64,000 bases of DNA from the NCBI RefSeq assembly GCF_036321535.1, contig NC_087437.1, forward strand, positions 110,486,001-110,550,000. The letters are read 5' to 3'. A model generated the notes under the pieces. The model was not told the DNA's origin. It did not search any database and worked only from the letters and a program-made list of their open reading frames with translations. The position numbers and the translations under genes were made by a program. The DNA is from Camelus dromedarius. Its lineage: Eukaryota. Below, piece by piece: positions 11,601 through 24,904 of this stretch; the first letter of the stretch is position 1, and the number at the start of each line of letters is the position of its first letter.

Positions 11601-11973
11601 CACCCCACCCCACAAGGCTGACATACAAGAGATTCTGAGGCTTGTCCATGCCATGAATGCTTCAAGAAAACAAAATTCCATCTACATCTTGTTTCAAGCC
11701 ATAAAATTCACTTTGCTAGTCTAATCCAGGGTTGATGAAGGAGAAAACTTTGCGATATCCTCTTTTTAGAGTTTTTACAGTCCTTCACTTATCTAGCCAG
11801 CCAAAGACCCTACATCAGTGGTTCCCAATCTGGGTGATTTTGTTTCCTAGGGGACATTTGGCAATGTCTGGAAATGTTTTGGGTTGTCACAACTTGGGAA
11901 GGTGTAAGATTTGCTTCTGACATCTAGAGGGTAGAGGTTGAGGATGCTACTAAACATCCTATAATTATAACAC

Positions 11974-12890
11974 TGTAATAGGCAGCAGCCAAGGTTCCCA
12001 TCTGCTCTGCATAGTCCGCTCCCCTTGAGTATGGAGAGAATCTGCCAATATGATGGGATATTGATCCTGTGATTATGTTACTTTATATAGCAAAAGGAAT
12101 TTTGCAGCTGTAAGATCCCTAATCAATTGACTTTGAATTAAGCAAAAGGAAGAATATCCTGTGTGGGCCTCACCTAATCAGGTGACCCTTAAAAGAAACA
12201 AGAAGCAGAAACTGACATGGTCCTACTGGCCTTGAAGAAACAAACAGCCTTGTTATGAACTGCCTATGGGAGGGGTCTCTAGAAGATGAGAGCAACCCTC
12301 ATTTAACGGCCACGAAGCAAATGGAAATCCCTTTCCTACAACCGTAAAGAAGACCCCAAGCCTCAGATGAGAGGTAGGCAACAAGCAACACTTTGATTTC
12401 AGCCTTGTGAGAATGTGAGCAGAGACCCCGAGTGGAGATGCCAGCTATGCTGTACACGGACTTCTGACCCATGGAAACTGTGAGATAACAAATGCATGTG
12501 GTTTTAACAGAAATAGACTCATGGACACAGAAAACCAGCTGTGGTTACCAGGGGGGAGAAGGGTGGGGGAGGGATAGATTAGGAGTTTGAGATTAGTAGA
12601 CACACATTACTACATATAAAATAAATAAACAGTAACGTCCTACTGTATAGCACAGGGAACTATATTCAATTTCTTGTAATGAGCTATAATGGAAAAGAAA
12701 CTGAAAACATATATGTGTGTGTATGTATATGTATAACTGAATCACTTTGCTATACACCTGAAACTAATGTTGTAAATCTACTACACTTCAATAAAAAAAT
12801 AAGAATTAAAATAAATAAATACATACACGTGGTCTTAAGCCACTAGGTTTATGCTAACTTGTTATGCAGCAATAGAAAACTAACACAAAT
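11974..12890 (+). mobile_element. MLT1E-like MaLR LTR, interrupted by an L1 3' end
   Basis: CCTGTGATTATGTTAC...GGGCCTCACCTAATCAGGTGACCCTTAAAAG...GAAACTGTGAGATAA, and 3' end TTGTTATGCAGCAATAGAAAACTAACACA. Confidence 0.85.
12508..12820 (+). mobile_element. LINE-1 3' end
   Basis: CAGAAATAGACTCA...GTATAGCACAGGGAACTATATTCAA...GAAACTAA plus A-rich tail; degenerate duplication GCATGTGGTTTTAA / ACACGTGGTCTTAA on the two sides. Confidence 0.88.
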
Positions 12891-13494
12891 ACACAGCAAC
12901 AGAAAACTAATACAAATACACTAATAAATTAATACAAATACCCCCTCAAAACAAAGACTTTCTTTAATCCAAAATGTCAGTGGTGCCACTGTTGAGATAT
13001 CATACCCTACAGGAAAATGTGTTCTCTGTGCCTCTTTTTCCCCCAGAAGGAGGAGACTTCCAGGCAGGTCACTTTCTCAAGTTGTACCCCACATTTTATT
13101 TTATTCCAGCAAACCATATAACACTGCACAAGGAGTTTGCAGAGAGGAGCAGGTAACATATATCCAGGAGGCTTTGGAAAATGCTGGAATCTGCTGGAGG
13201 GATGAAATTCAAGGAGATGAGGCAGCTGTGAGATTTGGAAGAAGTCAGAGAGATCATGTAAGGGTTAGTATTGAGTTTTGTTGTGTGAGGTGCAGTGAAA
13301 GCGTGTTTTCGTAACACTGGTGATGCTTTCAGCAGAATCACTCCTCCTCGCTAATGCTATGTGACTTTAGATTTGCTTTGCGGTGTACAACACAGTACTG
13401 AAAATGACAGGATCCTGCCTCGCCATGAGAATGAGGCTGAGAACAGAGACTTTCCCTGGCCACATCTCATGGAAGGCTCCAAAAACCTGATGGA

Positions 13495-13625
13495 GAGGCA
13501 TTAGTACGCCAATTATTATCATTTTACGGATGAGGAAATTGAGGCTAACAGATGTTGGGTAATTTCCCAAAGTAATTCATCTAACAATCAGCTGAATGAG
13601 AATTTGATTTCCAGGATGCCTAGCA
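13495..13625 (-). mobile_element. MIR
   Basis: ATTTTACGGATGAGGAAATTGAGGCT...TAATTTCCCAAAGT, reverse MIR core. Confidence 0.7.
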
Positions 13626-13709
13626 CTGCCTTCTCCCATATTTTGGAGACCTCAGTATTCTCAATGCTCTATTATCACGTCTTCACTATTTCCATATGGA
13701 TTCTTATAT

Positions 13710-13920
13710 AGGAATGGTACCCAACCCTGGTTACATTAGAAAGACCTGGGAAGCTTTTAACAAAATACTGTTGCCCAGTTCCTCTGCCTGGTCCTCCCAT
13801 CCCCACCCCTTGATCCCAGAAAATCTGATTTCATTGCACAGGGATGTGGACCCAGGACTGGCATTCTGTACAAGCTCCTAGATGATTCTGAGGTGTACCC
13901 AGGGTAAGAATCATTATTCT
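13710..13920. mobile_element. MER5B-like
   Basis: CAACCCTGGTTACATTAGAAAGACCTGGGAAGCTTTT...AAGCTCCTAGATGATTCTGA. Confidence 0.65.
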
Positions 13921-14969
13921 AAATCTCCAGTTCTCTCTTTTCCACAATGTGATTAGAATACATCTGAGGCCATTTGTTCTTCTGGAATTTTCTCAAATGA
14001 TTTCCCTTTCTCACTGAGCTATCAATGATGTTGTATATTCACATTTTTCATTCTAAGAGTCAGGCTTGTTTTTTTGTTTTTCATGAGAAAAACATCAGCA
14101 AAACAGCTGGCAAAGGCCAAGAGGGGCTGCACCCGTGTGAAGAGAAACACCACCACACTCCTTGGCAGCTCAACCCTCTCAAACATCACCCTTGGCATTT
14201 GCTGACCCTTTAATCTCAGTCACAAGGTCATGAACAAAGAACAAACAATAAAAAGCAGGTCTTTAACCCGTTGTGACTGGAATATATTGAGGCTCTGTCT
14301 TATGTCCCATCCTTTACTTATCTAAACATAAAGATCATAAGGATATATTCTTAGTGTACTCACTCTCCTATTCCTATCAGGAACTTTATTTCTCCTTTAT
14401 TTGAAGGAGATTCGGAGGGGGATTGATGGAGATTAAAATACTCAGGTAAGATTAAAATCAACCAATCTCCAATCATGCTTACAGGGAAAATGAGGTGCCT
14501 GGTTTTTTCCATTCATTATCACTATTTAATGTAACCACATGAACAAATTACAGCCTCTTTTGTAATCTTACAGATCAAAAGCTAAACAAAAATATATTCA
14601 TCTAAAATAATCAACAATAGACATTATTTTTCATGGAGTGATACTTGTAAAGCTAAGCAAACTGACTGCCCAAATCAAACCCCTCAACCTGCAGTCCACC
14701 TGCAATGAATGTGGAATCTTGATGTCACCTCTGCCACAGTGCAGTATGGGTCCACCACAAACCTATGGAAGAAGCATCCCATCTGGAATCTGGTCCAGAG
14801 GGGAGGCATCCCAGACCATCAGTATCAAACCCATAACATACTACCCTACCTTGTTCCATGCATCCCAACTCTGACTTCACATTTATGGGTAAGGTTCTAT
14901 ATGGTACTATATGCATCTGGAACTGTCATGAGACCTAAGGAGGCAAGGGAGGTGAGCATTATCACAACA

Positions 14970-15170
14970 ATAATCATATCTAATGTTCACAAAACCCTAA
15001 TAGTGTGCCAGACTCTGCACTCAGCATCTGTCATTTAATCTTTGCCAACTGCCCTGTGAAGTGCACAATGGGGAAACTGAGGCCAGGAGAGAATAACATT
15101 CACAGGGGGACAGAGTATGTAAGTAGCAGAGCTGAGATTTCCATTCCAATTATCTGGTTCTAGACTCCCT
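14970..15170 (-). mobile_element. MIR
   Basis: TCATTTAATCTT...ATGGGGAAACTGAGGCC...AAGTAGCAGAGCTGAGATTT. Confidence 0.7.
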
Positions 15171-15351
15171 CAGTTTACCCCCGTCAGTCCTTCCTGTGGG
15201 TAAAAGAAGAGTATGGCTTGTACAGAAACTTGCAACAGCTCAATTGGTACTTCCAGAAAGCATATTTCAGGCAAGTTAGAGCTAACTTCACATTATATCT
15301 ACAAAAAAATTCCATGGAAAAATTTCCTATTTAAAAAAAAAGGCATTAGGC

Positions 15352-15724
15352 ATCACTGATATGTGGAATCTAAAAAAATAAAAAATAAAGGACATAAATT
15401 AACTTATTTACAAAACAGAGACAAACTCATAGACATAGAAGACAAACTTATGGTTACCAGGAGTGAAAGGCGGTGAGATGGATAAATTGGGAGTTCAGGA
15501 CTTGCAGATACTAACTATTGTATATAAAATACATAAACAACAAAGTCTTACTATATAGCACAGGGAAAGTATATTCAATACTTCATAATGGCCTATAATG
15601 AAAAAGAATATGAACAGGAATATACATATAATACATGTATCACTGAATCACTATGCTGTACACCAGAAATTAACACAACATTGTAAACTAAATATACTTC
15701 AATAAAATTGTTTTTTAAATTTTT
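15352..15724 (+). mobile_element. LINE-1 3' end
   Basis: ATCACTGATATGTGGAATCTAAAAA...GAAATTAACACAACATTGTAAA...AATAAAA; TSD AAAG(G/T)CATTAGGC at 15339-15351 and 15725-15737. Confidence 0.9.
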
Positions 15725-16772
15725 AAAGTCATTAGGCTAATTGGTGGAAACATGTGTTCTGAGCAGGTCTAATAATAACCAGGACTTGGTTAGACCATAG
15801 GAAGAGAAGCAGTGGTTACCTTCTACCTGGCTTCAGGGCTCCCCAGGCTAGACCCATTCTTCCTCATTTCTCTTTGTCTCCTGTGTTTCCACACCTAATC
15901 TGCCCACCACCTCCTGCTAAAATACTCCCCACTTTGTTGCTCAAGTCATCTTTTCCATATGCAAATCTGATCATCCCACTCTTTAGGCTATGTCTGTGAT
16001 TTCACATCACCTTTTTGAGATGTAAATTCAGTTATGACTTCTGCAAACATCCCATCAATTTCTTAATTGTCCAACTTCTCAAAGGTCCAGATCATTTTGT
16101 CTCAGATTAGATTTAGCTAATAAGATGCAGTTTATCTCAGCTATGGAGACTAGCTGTGTGTTTCACTCTTTGGTAAATTTCCTTTTGTTGTTGTTACCAC
16201 CAGGTTTATTTTTCCTTCAATTAATGAATGTGAACCATTCGTCCAAAGGAGTTTCCTTTAAGTTATAAAAGTAGATATTTTTAAAGTAACATGAATAGTA
16301 GAATTCAAAATAATGTAAATGTAAATGAAAACAGGCTTTAATATCAACATAGGACTTAAGTGTATGGGCACTAAGATAAGTGAATCTGTAAATATGATTA
16401 TTTTATATAGGAGTGAAAAAGAAAAGGATGAATATAAGGTCAACAATGAATATTTGATTATTGTGTTTTGTTGGACTGGCAATCTGTCACCCTAGTGAGT
16501 ATTCCACTGTGAAATTTTGTCAAATGATATCTGGAGAAATCAAAGCTCTTCCATAAATTTTAAAGCAAGTCCAATAACACCTCTGTTTTAATAACTTCAC
16601 CTATACCCTTAGTCAATATACAGCTTCCAATCTATTATGAACTAAACTGTTAAAGAGAATACATTTCAATATTCATCATAGATAAGAACCAGAAAAGTTA
16701 AGAGCTTAAGACTTAAGGGCAAAGAGCTAATGATTGCTGTAGTCAGAATTAAAGCTCAGATCCTCTGGTTTA

Positions 16773-16814
16773 GTGTGTGTGTGTGCATGTGTGTGTGTGT
16801 GTGTGTGTGTGTGT
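16773..16814. repeat. (TG)n microsatellite
   Basis: TG run with one CA interruption. Confidence 0.95.
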
Positions 16815-18099
16815 TAGATTACAGGTAATAAAACATTCCCAAGTCAGTCATCTCATATTATGTAACATTTCTCATCATTTCCACTCAGTTCTGTCATCAT
16901 TTACCTCAGATTTCTGCCCAAATGAACTTAAGTGCATCTATCTAATGATAAAAATACAGTGGTCAGCAAACAGAGGGCCTGTTGAAGACAAGAGACAGCC
17001 TTCGTATAAACTCTCTGGCATCCAGCCTGCCTCCCACCCCTCTTCTAAAGGACGATCCTGGTTTCTCATGGAAAAACTTTCTGTGTACCCTTAGCCGTTT
17101 GAGAACCCCCTAGTATCCTATCTTCAAATTTACATTTGGCAATCCTCTGACCTGTATTCAGCCAAATCGACTTCAAAAACACCACGCTGGGGCTTTCGCA
17201 AACAAGTTCCAAGTCATGTAAAATGCTTTGTACGCTTGTAGTTTCCCTTGTGAACTGCTGGGATAATCACCTAGGAAGTGGAAGCAGGCTCATAAGCTTT
17301 GATATTCAGCAGTTAGCATTAGCAGCCATGGTGGATAATTTATCACATGCCAGATAGATCAGGTAGCAGACCATGTGTCCTGGAACAAATGTCACGGAGC
17401 CCTAGACGAAATGACTGTTCGACAATACGTTAAATCTGGTGGCAGTTTATATGTCTAGGGAGTGAGTTGTGCCCGAGTGCAACCAAGCAGATCATCCCAT
17501 TTCCTCAAATCCATAAATTCTAATGCTTGCCATCTTCCTAAACTCTCCTGAACTTACACCACTTCATCCATTCATAAAAATAAGACATTTTCCCTCACTC
17601 ACAAATCTCAATGGACTTTGTTGTTACCTGGGACATGCCCCAAAAGAAACCTTCTTTTATTATCTTTAGATAATTTATTATCTTTGTTTAATTTAGTAAA
17701 ATAACAATAACTTCAGCCAAGAAAACTGAATTTTTGTTCAAACAAAATTATCTAATTGGAGTAAATAATCCTATTTAATAAAATTTGGATACTTTTCTCC
17801 CACAAGGTACATACTTTGTACTTACTTTTCTTCGTATATAAGGATAGCACATCCACTTACCTGGTTTTCCTTTTTATAGCTGATTAGAAGCAAGGAAAAA
17901 TAGGTTGAGGGGATAAAATGTGAATAAAGCAGGCACACTTGAAGTAATGAATAATCCGACATCAAGGAAGAAGAGAAAAAAATTAAAACAAGAGATTATG
18001 AGAATCAAAAGTATAACTGACTAAGCCTTTTAGTCTAATGCCAAGTAACCCAATATTCTGTGGTGGCCCTGAAGGCACTAGATTTTATATAATACCAAA

Positions 18100-18420
18100 T
18101 AATGTACATTCTTAATAATAGCTTGTATAAAGGTGCTCATCATATAGCATTCATAAAAAGGAAAAAATGTTGAAATAGACTTATCATCAAACAATGGAAC
18201 AACTATTAGGTAAATTATAAATTTCCATGGAATTGAATATTCTACAATCTTTAAGTGGCATGAACACAGAAGTTTTTAAAAGATAATCATAAAAGCATTC
18301 TGAAAAAAGGTAAAACCACATTCTATATATTCTGTTCGACAAGGCTGAGAAGTATAATACACTCAAGTAGATAATGTTCAAGATGGTTAAAACTGAAAGG
18401 TACAATAATTAAAGATATAA
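18100..18420 (+). mobile_element. Old L1 (L1ME-like) fragment
   Basis: AAGGTGCTCATCATATAGCATT...GTAAATTATAAATTTCCATGGAATTGAATATTCTACA resembles the old L1 ORF2 end/3'UTR. Confidence 0.45.
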
Positions 18421-19559
18421 AATTTGATTCCTGAGACAATTCAGTCATATGCAGTAGTTTAGTTTTTTAAGATCCAGGATAATGAAAGCTGTCGTAGGAA
18501 GTAGACCAATCACAACGTGCTTTGGGATCATCTTCCAAGCTTTCTTAAATTCATCCTAACAAAATAATCAATATCTTAATCCTAAATAGAATACTTAGAT
18601 ATAGAAATCACAGAAAAGATAACTTTTCCCTTAGAAAGACCTAAGAAATGTTGAAAATAAAGCATAAAGGCTAATAGCAGCTTCAACCACAGGTAAGAAC
18701 CAGAATCATGTCGCTTCACACAGCATGGAAGAGTTTGGAAGTCATAAGTTGGCATTTATAACCATAACCAAACATTGTTCATCTGCGATGGAGGGATTAT
18801 GTGACCCCAAGTGTCCCCTCCAACTCTTATGTTCTACGATTCTAAGTGTCCCACACAAAGGCTAGCCTATCTGGGGGGAAGCTCATCCACGCATAAAATA
18901 TGAATGAACACCACTATCTCTGTCATATCTACGCTGTACTAATTTGCCTTCTTACATTTATTTCTTTGAAGTTCTAGAAGATTCAATTTTCTAGTCACTG
19001 TTTATTTTCCCCTTTAACAAGCCCACCTATTCTAAATGTCCTTTACTGCCCCAGTTTCTAGCTATGGCTTTTCCCACTTACAACTGTCAATGGTCAAATG
19101 TTGTGTTGCATTATCTCATTTTGTCCAGTACATAACTTATAATGTCTTGTTCTTCACATCACATACTTTAGAAACAGGAATTCTACTACAGAAACACTTC
19201 TGTTATTCTAATTATCCTACATTTACTTCTACTATTTATCCAAGAGTTATATTCTAAATATTAATATTGGTGTATCTCAGGAACCAAACAACCAGAATGG
19301 AAGTGAACCCAATTCCAGTGGGTACATATGGTGAATAACTCTTATGCCTGTACTAGTGCATGCCAACTGCATGTGAGCCCCATGTCAATCCCAAAATGCT
19401 CTGAAATATTACAGTTACACTTCTTCCTTTATCTCTCTTGGACAAATTAATTCTAGCAAGTTCTTTTTTATATTCCCCTAATCCATAACATTTTCCTCAC
19501 ATGTTTTACTACTACACCTTAAGCAACACTTTCCAACTATCTGTATCTGTAAGACACTA

Positions 19560-21250
19560 ATCACAATTACATGCCAACAAATTAGATGACCTAATGAAAT
19601 AGAAAAATGTCTAGACAGACACAAAATATCTAAACTGAGTCAAAAATAAATAGAAAATCTGAATAAATGTATAGACAATAAAAAAAATTTAATTAGTAAT
19701 CAAAATAATTCCCTAAAAGAAAAGCCCAGGCTCATGGGTGAATTCTACCACATGTTTAAGAAGAATTAACACCAATCCTTAACAAATTTCTTACAAAGAA
19801 CAAAAGTGAAGGAAACACTTCCCATCTCATTCTATGAGGCCAGTATTATCCCAATACCAAAACCTGACAAAAGTACTACAAGAAAACTAAAGACCAATAT
19901 CCCTAATGAATATAGATGCAAAAATTCTCAACAAAATGCCAGCAAACTGAATTCAGTAACATTTGAAAGGATTATACAACATGGCCAACAGAGATTTATG
20001 TAGAAATTCAAGGTTGGTTCAACATGCAAAAATTAATCAATGTAATATACTAAATAAATAGAATAAAGGACAAAAACCATATGATCATCCCAATAGGTAC
20101 AGAAAAAGCATTTGACAAAATCTAACAATTTTTTATGATTAAAAAAAAAATTCAAAAACTAGGAATACAAGGAAATGTTCTCACCTAATAAGTCATCTAC
20201 AAAAAAACCAAAATTAATATCATACTTAACAGATAGAGATGAAAGATTTCTCCCTGATATTAGGAATAAGACAAGGATATCTGTTCTTGACATTCTAGAG
20301 AACATTACACTGGAGATTTTAGACAAGGCAATTGGCCAAAGAAAAAAGTAAAAAAACATCCAGATTGAAAAGGAAGAAGTAAAACTATCTCTATTTGCAG
20401 TTCCATAACCTTGGATATGGAAAATTCTAAGAAATCCACAAAGAACTAGTAGAGCTATTAATAAGTTGAATAAGGTTGCAGGATAATGGTCAATATGCAA
20501 AAGTCAATTGAATTTACATATACTAACAATGAAAAATTAAGAAAATTGTTATTAAGAAAAAGAAAGTAAGAAAACAACTCCATTTATAATAGCATCAAAA
20601 AATAATAAAATACTTAGAAATAAATTTTACAAAAGGAGAACAAAACCTATATACTGAAAACTAAAAAACACTGTTGACAGAAATTAAAGACCCAAATAAA
20701 TGAAAAGACATCCCATGATCATGAATTAAAAGACTTATTATTGTTAAGATAGCAGTATTAATCTACTGATTCAACATAACTTCTACCAAAGGCTTTGCTG
20801 TCTGTTTTGCAGAAATTGACAAATCTGTCCTAAATGTGTATAGAAATGCAAGGGACTCAGAAGAGCCAAAACAATCTTGGGAAAAAAGAGCAAAGTTGGA
20901 GGACTCCTACTTCTTGATTTCAAAACTTACTACAAACCTACTGTAATCAAGACTATGTGGTACTAGCATAAGGATAGATATATAGACCAATTCGATTAAA
21001 TTAAGAATCCATAAATAAATGCTTACATTTATAGTCAACTAATTTTTGATAAGGATGTCAAGAAAATTTAATGGGGGAAAAATAATCTTTTTAACAAATG
21101 ATGTTGTGACAAGTGGATATTCACATGCAAAATAGTAAAGTTAGATTCTTACCTCACATCATATGCAAAAATTAACTCATAATGCATCAATGACTTAAAT
21201 GTAAGAACTAACACTGCAAAACTCTTGGAAGAAAACATAAGCATAGTTCT
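19560..21250 (+). mobile_element. LINE-1 ORF2 fragment (reverse-transcriptase region), decayed
   Basis: Translated pieces SFYEASIIPIPKPDK and ...EKAFDK are L1 ORF2p motifs; many stops and frameshifts. Confidence 0.93.
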
Positions 21251-22459
21251 TTTATTTTGATCTAGGCTTCTTCCTGTCTTTGGGAATTAACCTGTTGGCT
21301 GACAAATGAGCTGTAAATAGCTTTCTAAAATTATCATATCTTTTGACTTTGCTCATGGTGGTTTTGCTAAGCAATAATTTCTTATATTTTTATGGAACTA
21401 AATTTAATCAGTTCTTGTTATGGCCAAAGTGTTTTGTAGCATACCTAAAAGGGCCTTTCATATTCTGAAATTATTAAAATATGAATGAGTAGTGTGAAAG
21501 AGATTGTTTTGATATTTACCAAAATCTACTCTTGTGGTGAAAGAACTGACGTCTCAGACCACACCGTTTGTAAAATTCAAACCACAAAATTATTGAGGGT
21601 GACACCTACAGCTTCAATTCTCCCCAAGAGTCCAGCAAGAAAAGGGAAAATACTCTATCTTCTTCCTGTTTCAGTGGGCAACTATTTTCTGATCCACAGA
21701 TGGGTGCCACTCTTCAAGTGTCCAATTTAAGGCAAATGTGCAAGTACCAAGACCCACCTCTCACAGGGACAAGACTTACCCTCTTTCTCCTCACAAACGT
21801 TAAAATCCAACCCCCAACATCAAGACTGACAGCCCCAGCCAGTCAGAACATCACCTCACATGATTTCTGCTCTTATTTTTCCTTTGGCTTAGTTTCCAAC
21901 ACCTGGGTTTTTCTTTTCTTTCTTTGCTCAACTGTACTTTAGACTGATGTGTATTAGATTGTCACTCCACACTTCTGACCGTTGAGGCAGCAGAGTTTTA
22001 GATCATTTATTTTGCCAGATTTCCTGAACCAGAAACCCACTCTTCAATTTTTTTAAGGGTTTCACTGCCAGTTGCTCTAGGAAAGCAGACAGAGATTACT
22101 AAAAAGAGATGAGAAATCACAAAAATTTTTGAAACCTTATAAAATTGTTAATGCCACAAACTGCAAAACAGTAGCTTCTAACATCTTTTTTTTTTTTTTT
22201 TTTTTAATTGGGCTCGGAAGCTAAAATTGTCTGCTGCTCTTCTTCCCTAAGACAGGAGGTCGTGAAACCTTCCTAACTACTGACTCTTCACTTTCTACAA
22301 GTCAGGTCAACTCTTTCCTCCATAATGGCCCCTCTAGAACACAGAAGGTTCCTAAATAGGAGGAATGACTTCCTGGTACAATTTTAAAGCTCCTTCTCTT
22401 AGGTAGATCTCCGTGGAATACAAGAACATTGTAGGAGAAATCAAAGATACAGTATCTAA

Positions 22460-22575
22460 TGGTATTTCATATAATATGTGGAACCTACTTATTCTAAAAA
22501 CTTAGTTATTATTATCTGAAACTCAAAATTAACTGGATGTCCTATATTTTAATTTGCTATATTTGACAACCCTAC
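22460..22575. mobile_element. MER53 (hAT MITE), one arm
   Basis: TATCTGAAACTCAAAATTAACTGGATGTCCTATATTTT..TTTGCTATATTTGACAACCCTA matches the MER53 terminus. Confidence 0.7.
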
Positions 22576-23889
22576 TCTATAACAGTGCAGGGATTTGGGC
22601 GGGGGGGAGCGAGTGGCCCTGTGTGTTTCTTGGGTAACTTCAGAGAAAACAAAGACTGATTGGGATAGTGGAATCCTGCTAGACTTAATTAAAATCCTAG
22701 TGCCTACAACTTCACAGGAGCTCAGATATGACTGTATTCTAACAGATAGTTTCAACAAAGTTAATGAGAAAGAGAAACGAACTCTTTCCGGTACCTTTCA
22801 CAATTTCTCGCAGATTCAAATCCTACATATACATCACTTGTGGTAACAAGTGGTGGAGTGGGGTGGATGGAGTGTGTATATTTCTCTTAATCCAAAGAGT
22901 GTTTTCCTAGAAGGTCCATCCCTGTGTTTTCCTGATGAACTCTCAGCATTTATTGACATAGATCTAATGCACTGAAGGATTTGGAACCTACTACATCCTT
23001 TGGCACTTGGGTCTCTTCTCCATGACTGACATTGGTAGAGCAGTCAGATGCCAAGAACTATGAAACCCTGTATGTTGCCAGGGAAACAGTGAAACATTCT
23101 GAGACAAAAGCAGTTTCTGACTTTACTAAGTGACTCCAGTTATGAAAACCTGGTTATTAAATTCACTTCAAAGCAGGTAGAGGATAACAATTTTCATTTA
23201 AATTCTGGGGAAGCCATGATACCCTGTGCCAATCTGCTGATTCCAATGCAATTTTAAGATTTCTTATCAGTCAACTTTTATCTCTAGACCCCAATTTAAA
23301 ATAAGTCTCCCAGTTCTCACTGAAGCCCCCCCTAATGATCCTAGCCTTAAAAAAATTATAAATCAATAAGAATTCATCAGAATATTCTTCCTTAAAACAA
23401 TATTAAGCCAATAGAGGAGTCAAAACATGAGCAGGGTCCAAATCCTGCCACAGATGTGTTGTGAGCTATGGAATGGAGAGAAGGAGTTTAATTTTCATTT
23501 CCATTGAGTGTCTTTCGGTGAGGCAGGTACGCTCCAGAAACCCAGACCTTCCGTCTCTCCCGACTGTCCCACAGTTTACAGTTCCTACGTGCCCCAGAAG
23601 AGAACTCATCCAATATGTTCAAGGAACATCCCACAAGTCAATCAGTTGGTTTTAAATGCAGTTTTTAGTCTGCCTATCACTAAACATTTTTCTCTAGACA
23701 CGAAATTATAGAAATTATAGAAGCAATAAAACTATGTACTTGTATGAGTTTCAGGTAAATTTCTCATTTACTTGATCTTTTCTTCCTATTTCCCGCACAC
23801 GGCTTCTCACATGCCTATGTGCCTTTGCACCCAATTTGCACCTTTCCTACAATGATTTCCTCCAACCCTGTTCCCACCCTAGCCTCCCT

Positions 23890-24130
23890 GCCATGCTCCA
23901 CTCATTTTTCAAATCACAGCTCAAACATCGCTTCCTTGTGGAATACTTCCTGTGGCCATGGAAGCCTTAAATGGCTCTGCTACAACTTATACATCCCTTC
24001 ACATCAGCTTTTTTTATTGTTTGTATTTAATTTCCTAGAGATTAGAGACCTTGTGTTTTTACAACTAATTCTCTTGTACCTAGCATGGTACCTGCTGCAT
24101 AGTAGGTTTTCAATATTTGTTCAGTGAAAT
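23890..24130 (+). mobile_element. L2 LINE 3' end
   Basis: CAGCTCAAACATC.CTTCCTTGTGGAA...ACCTAGCATGGTACCTG..CATAGTAGGT.TTCAATATTTGTT. Confidence 0.65.
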
Positions 24131-24276
24131 CATGATTACATAAAGGGATGTAATTGAGTTGAATCATAGTGTGCCTGAGATTAAAGTCGTAATTTCAACA
24201 TTCATATGGACAAATAAGTTTCATTTTCCTTGAAAGCAGCATCTTTAGTTACCAGCCTAATCCCCTCATAACTTTT

Positions 24277-24379
24277 TTTTTTTTTTCGGTGAAGAAAAAT
24301 GCAGCATTTATTGTAATGTCACCAATACAAGGAAGACAGGTGACTTGTGCTCTAAAACCCCAAACTCCCCGAAGGGTTT
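24277..24379 (-). pseudogene. L1-mediated, 5'-truncated retrocopy of a probable ERV-LTR transcript 3' end
   Basis: 14-bp TSD CCCTCATAACTTTT (24263-24276, 24380-24393); poly(A) tail; AATAAA (minus strand, 24307-24312) about 20 nt before the tail; body resembles an ERV1 LTR R region. Confidence 0.75.
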
Positions 24380-24904
24380 CCCTCATAACTTTTATGAGAC
24401 AAGTCAGATTTCATATGAAACAATTTTGTGCCATTCCTTCACCAGTACCCAGAAAAGGCACTGCCACTTGGGGACTGATGGTGGCATTATCTCTGAGTTT
24501 AGGTGACAACATATTTTCTTGGAGTTGAAACATCCATTATCCTAGGTTTGCTCTAGCTGTCTAAACATTTACACTCAATTGCTGAGGTGTGATCAGCCAT
24601 TTCTTACTGCATTCTGTGGCATGGAAGGAAAAGAATGTTGCTTTTTAAAAAATCTTTCTCTTTTCTAGAGGTGAGAAGTTTGTCTCTGTCACAGATGTAA
24701 GATGGTGTGAAATCAAAATGAGACTTTTCAGATTTCCATTCTATGAGTCAAATAGCATTTCCACAGTACTTTACCTTAGAGAACTCAGTCTCAAACTTTC
24801 TACAGAAAAGGTTTTTTTTTTTTTCCGTAATAGTCATTGGTGCAAAGTTTGGTGGCCTGACCCCAAAGGTCGCCCTGTTGGAGGGGAGTCAGGTTGCATT
24901 AGTT

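Larger units (their letters stand above)
11817..13000 (+). mobile_element. MER20 (hAT-Charlie), split by MLT1 and L1 insertions
   Basis: CAGTGGTTCCCAA...GGGACATTTGGCAATGTCTGGA...CTAAACATCCTATAAT (11817-~11970), resuming CCCCTCAAAACAAAGA...CCAAAATGTCAGTGGTGCC..GTTGAGA (~12940-13000). Confidence 0.8.

Noticed and set aside
11281..11649. 122-aa minus-strand ORF as a novel gene
   Set aside because: Better explained as a frameshifted CR1-like relic; no splice or promoter support.
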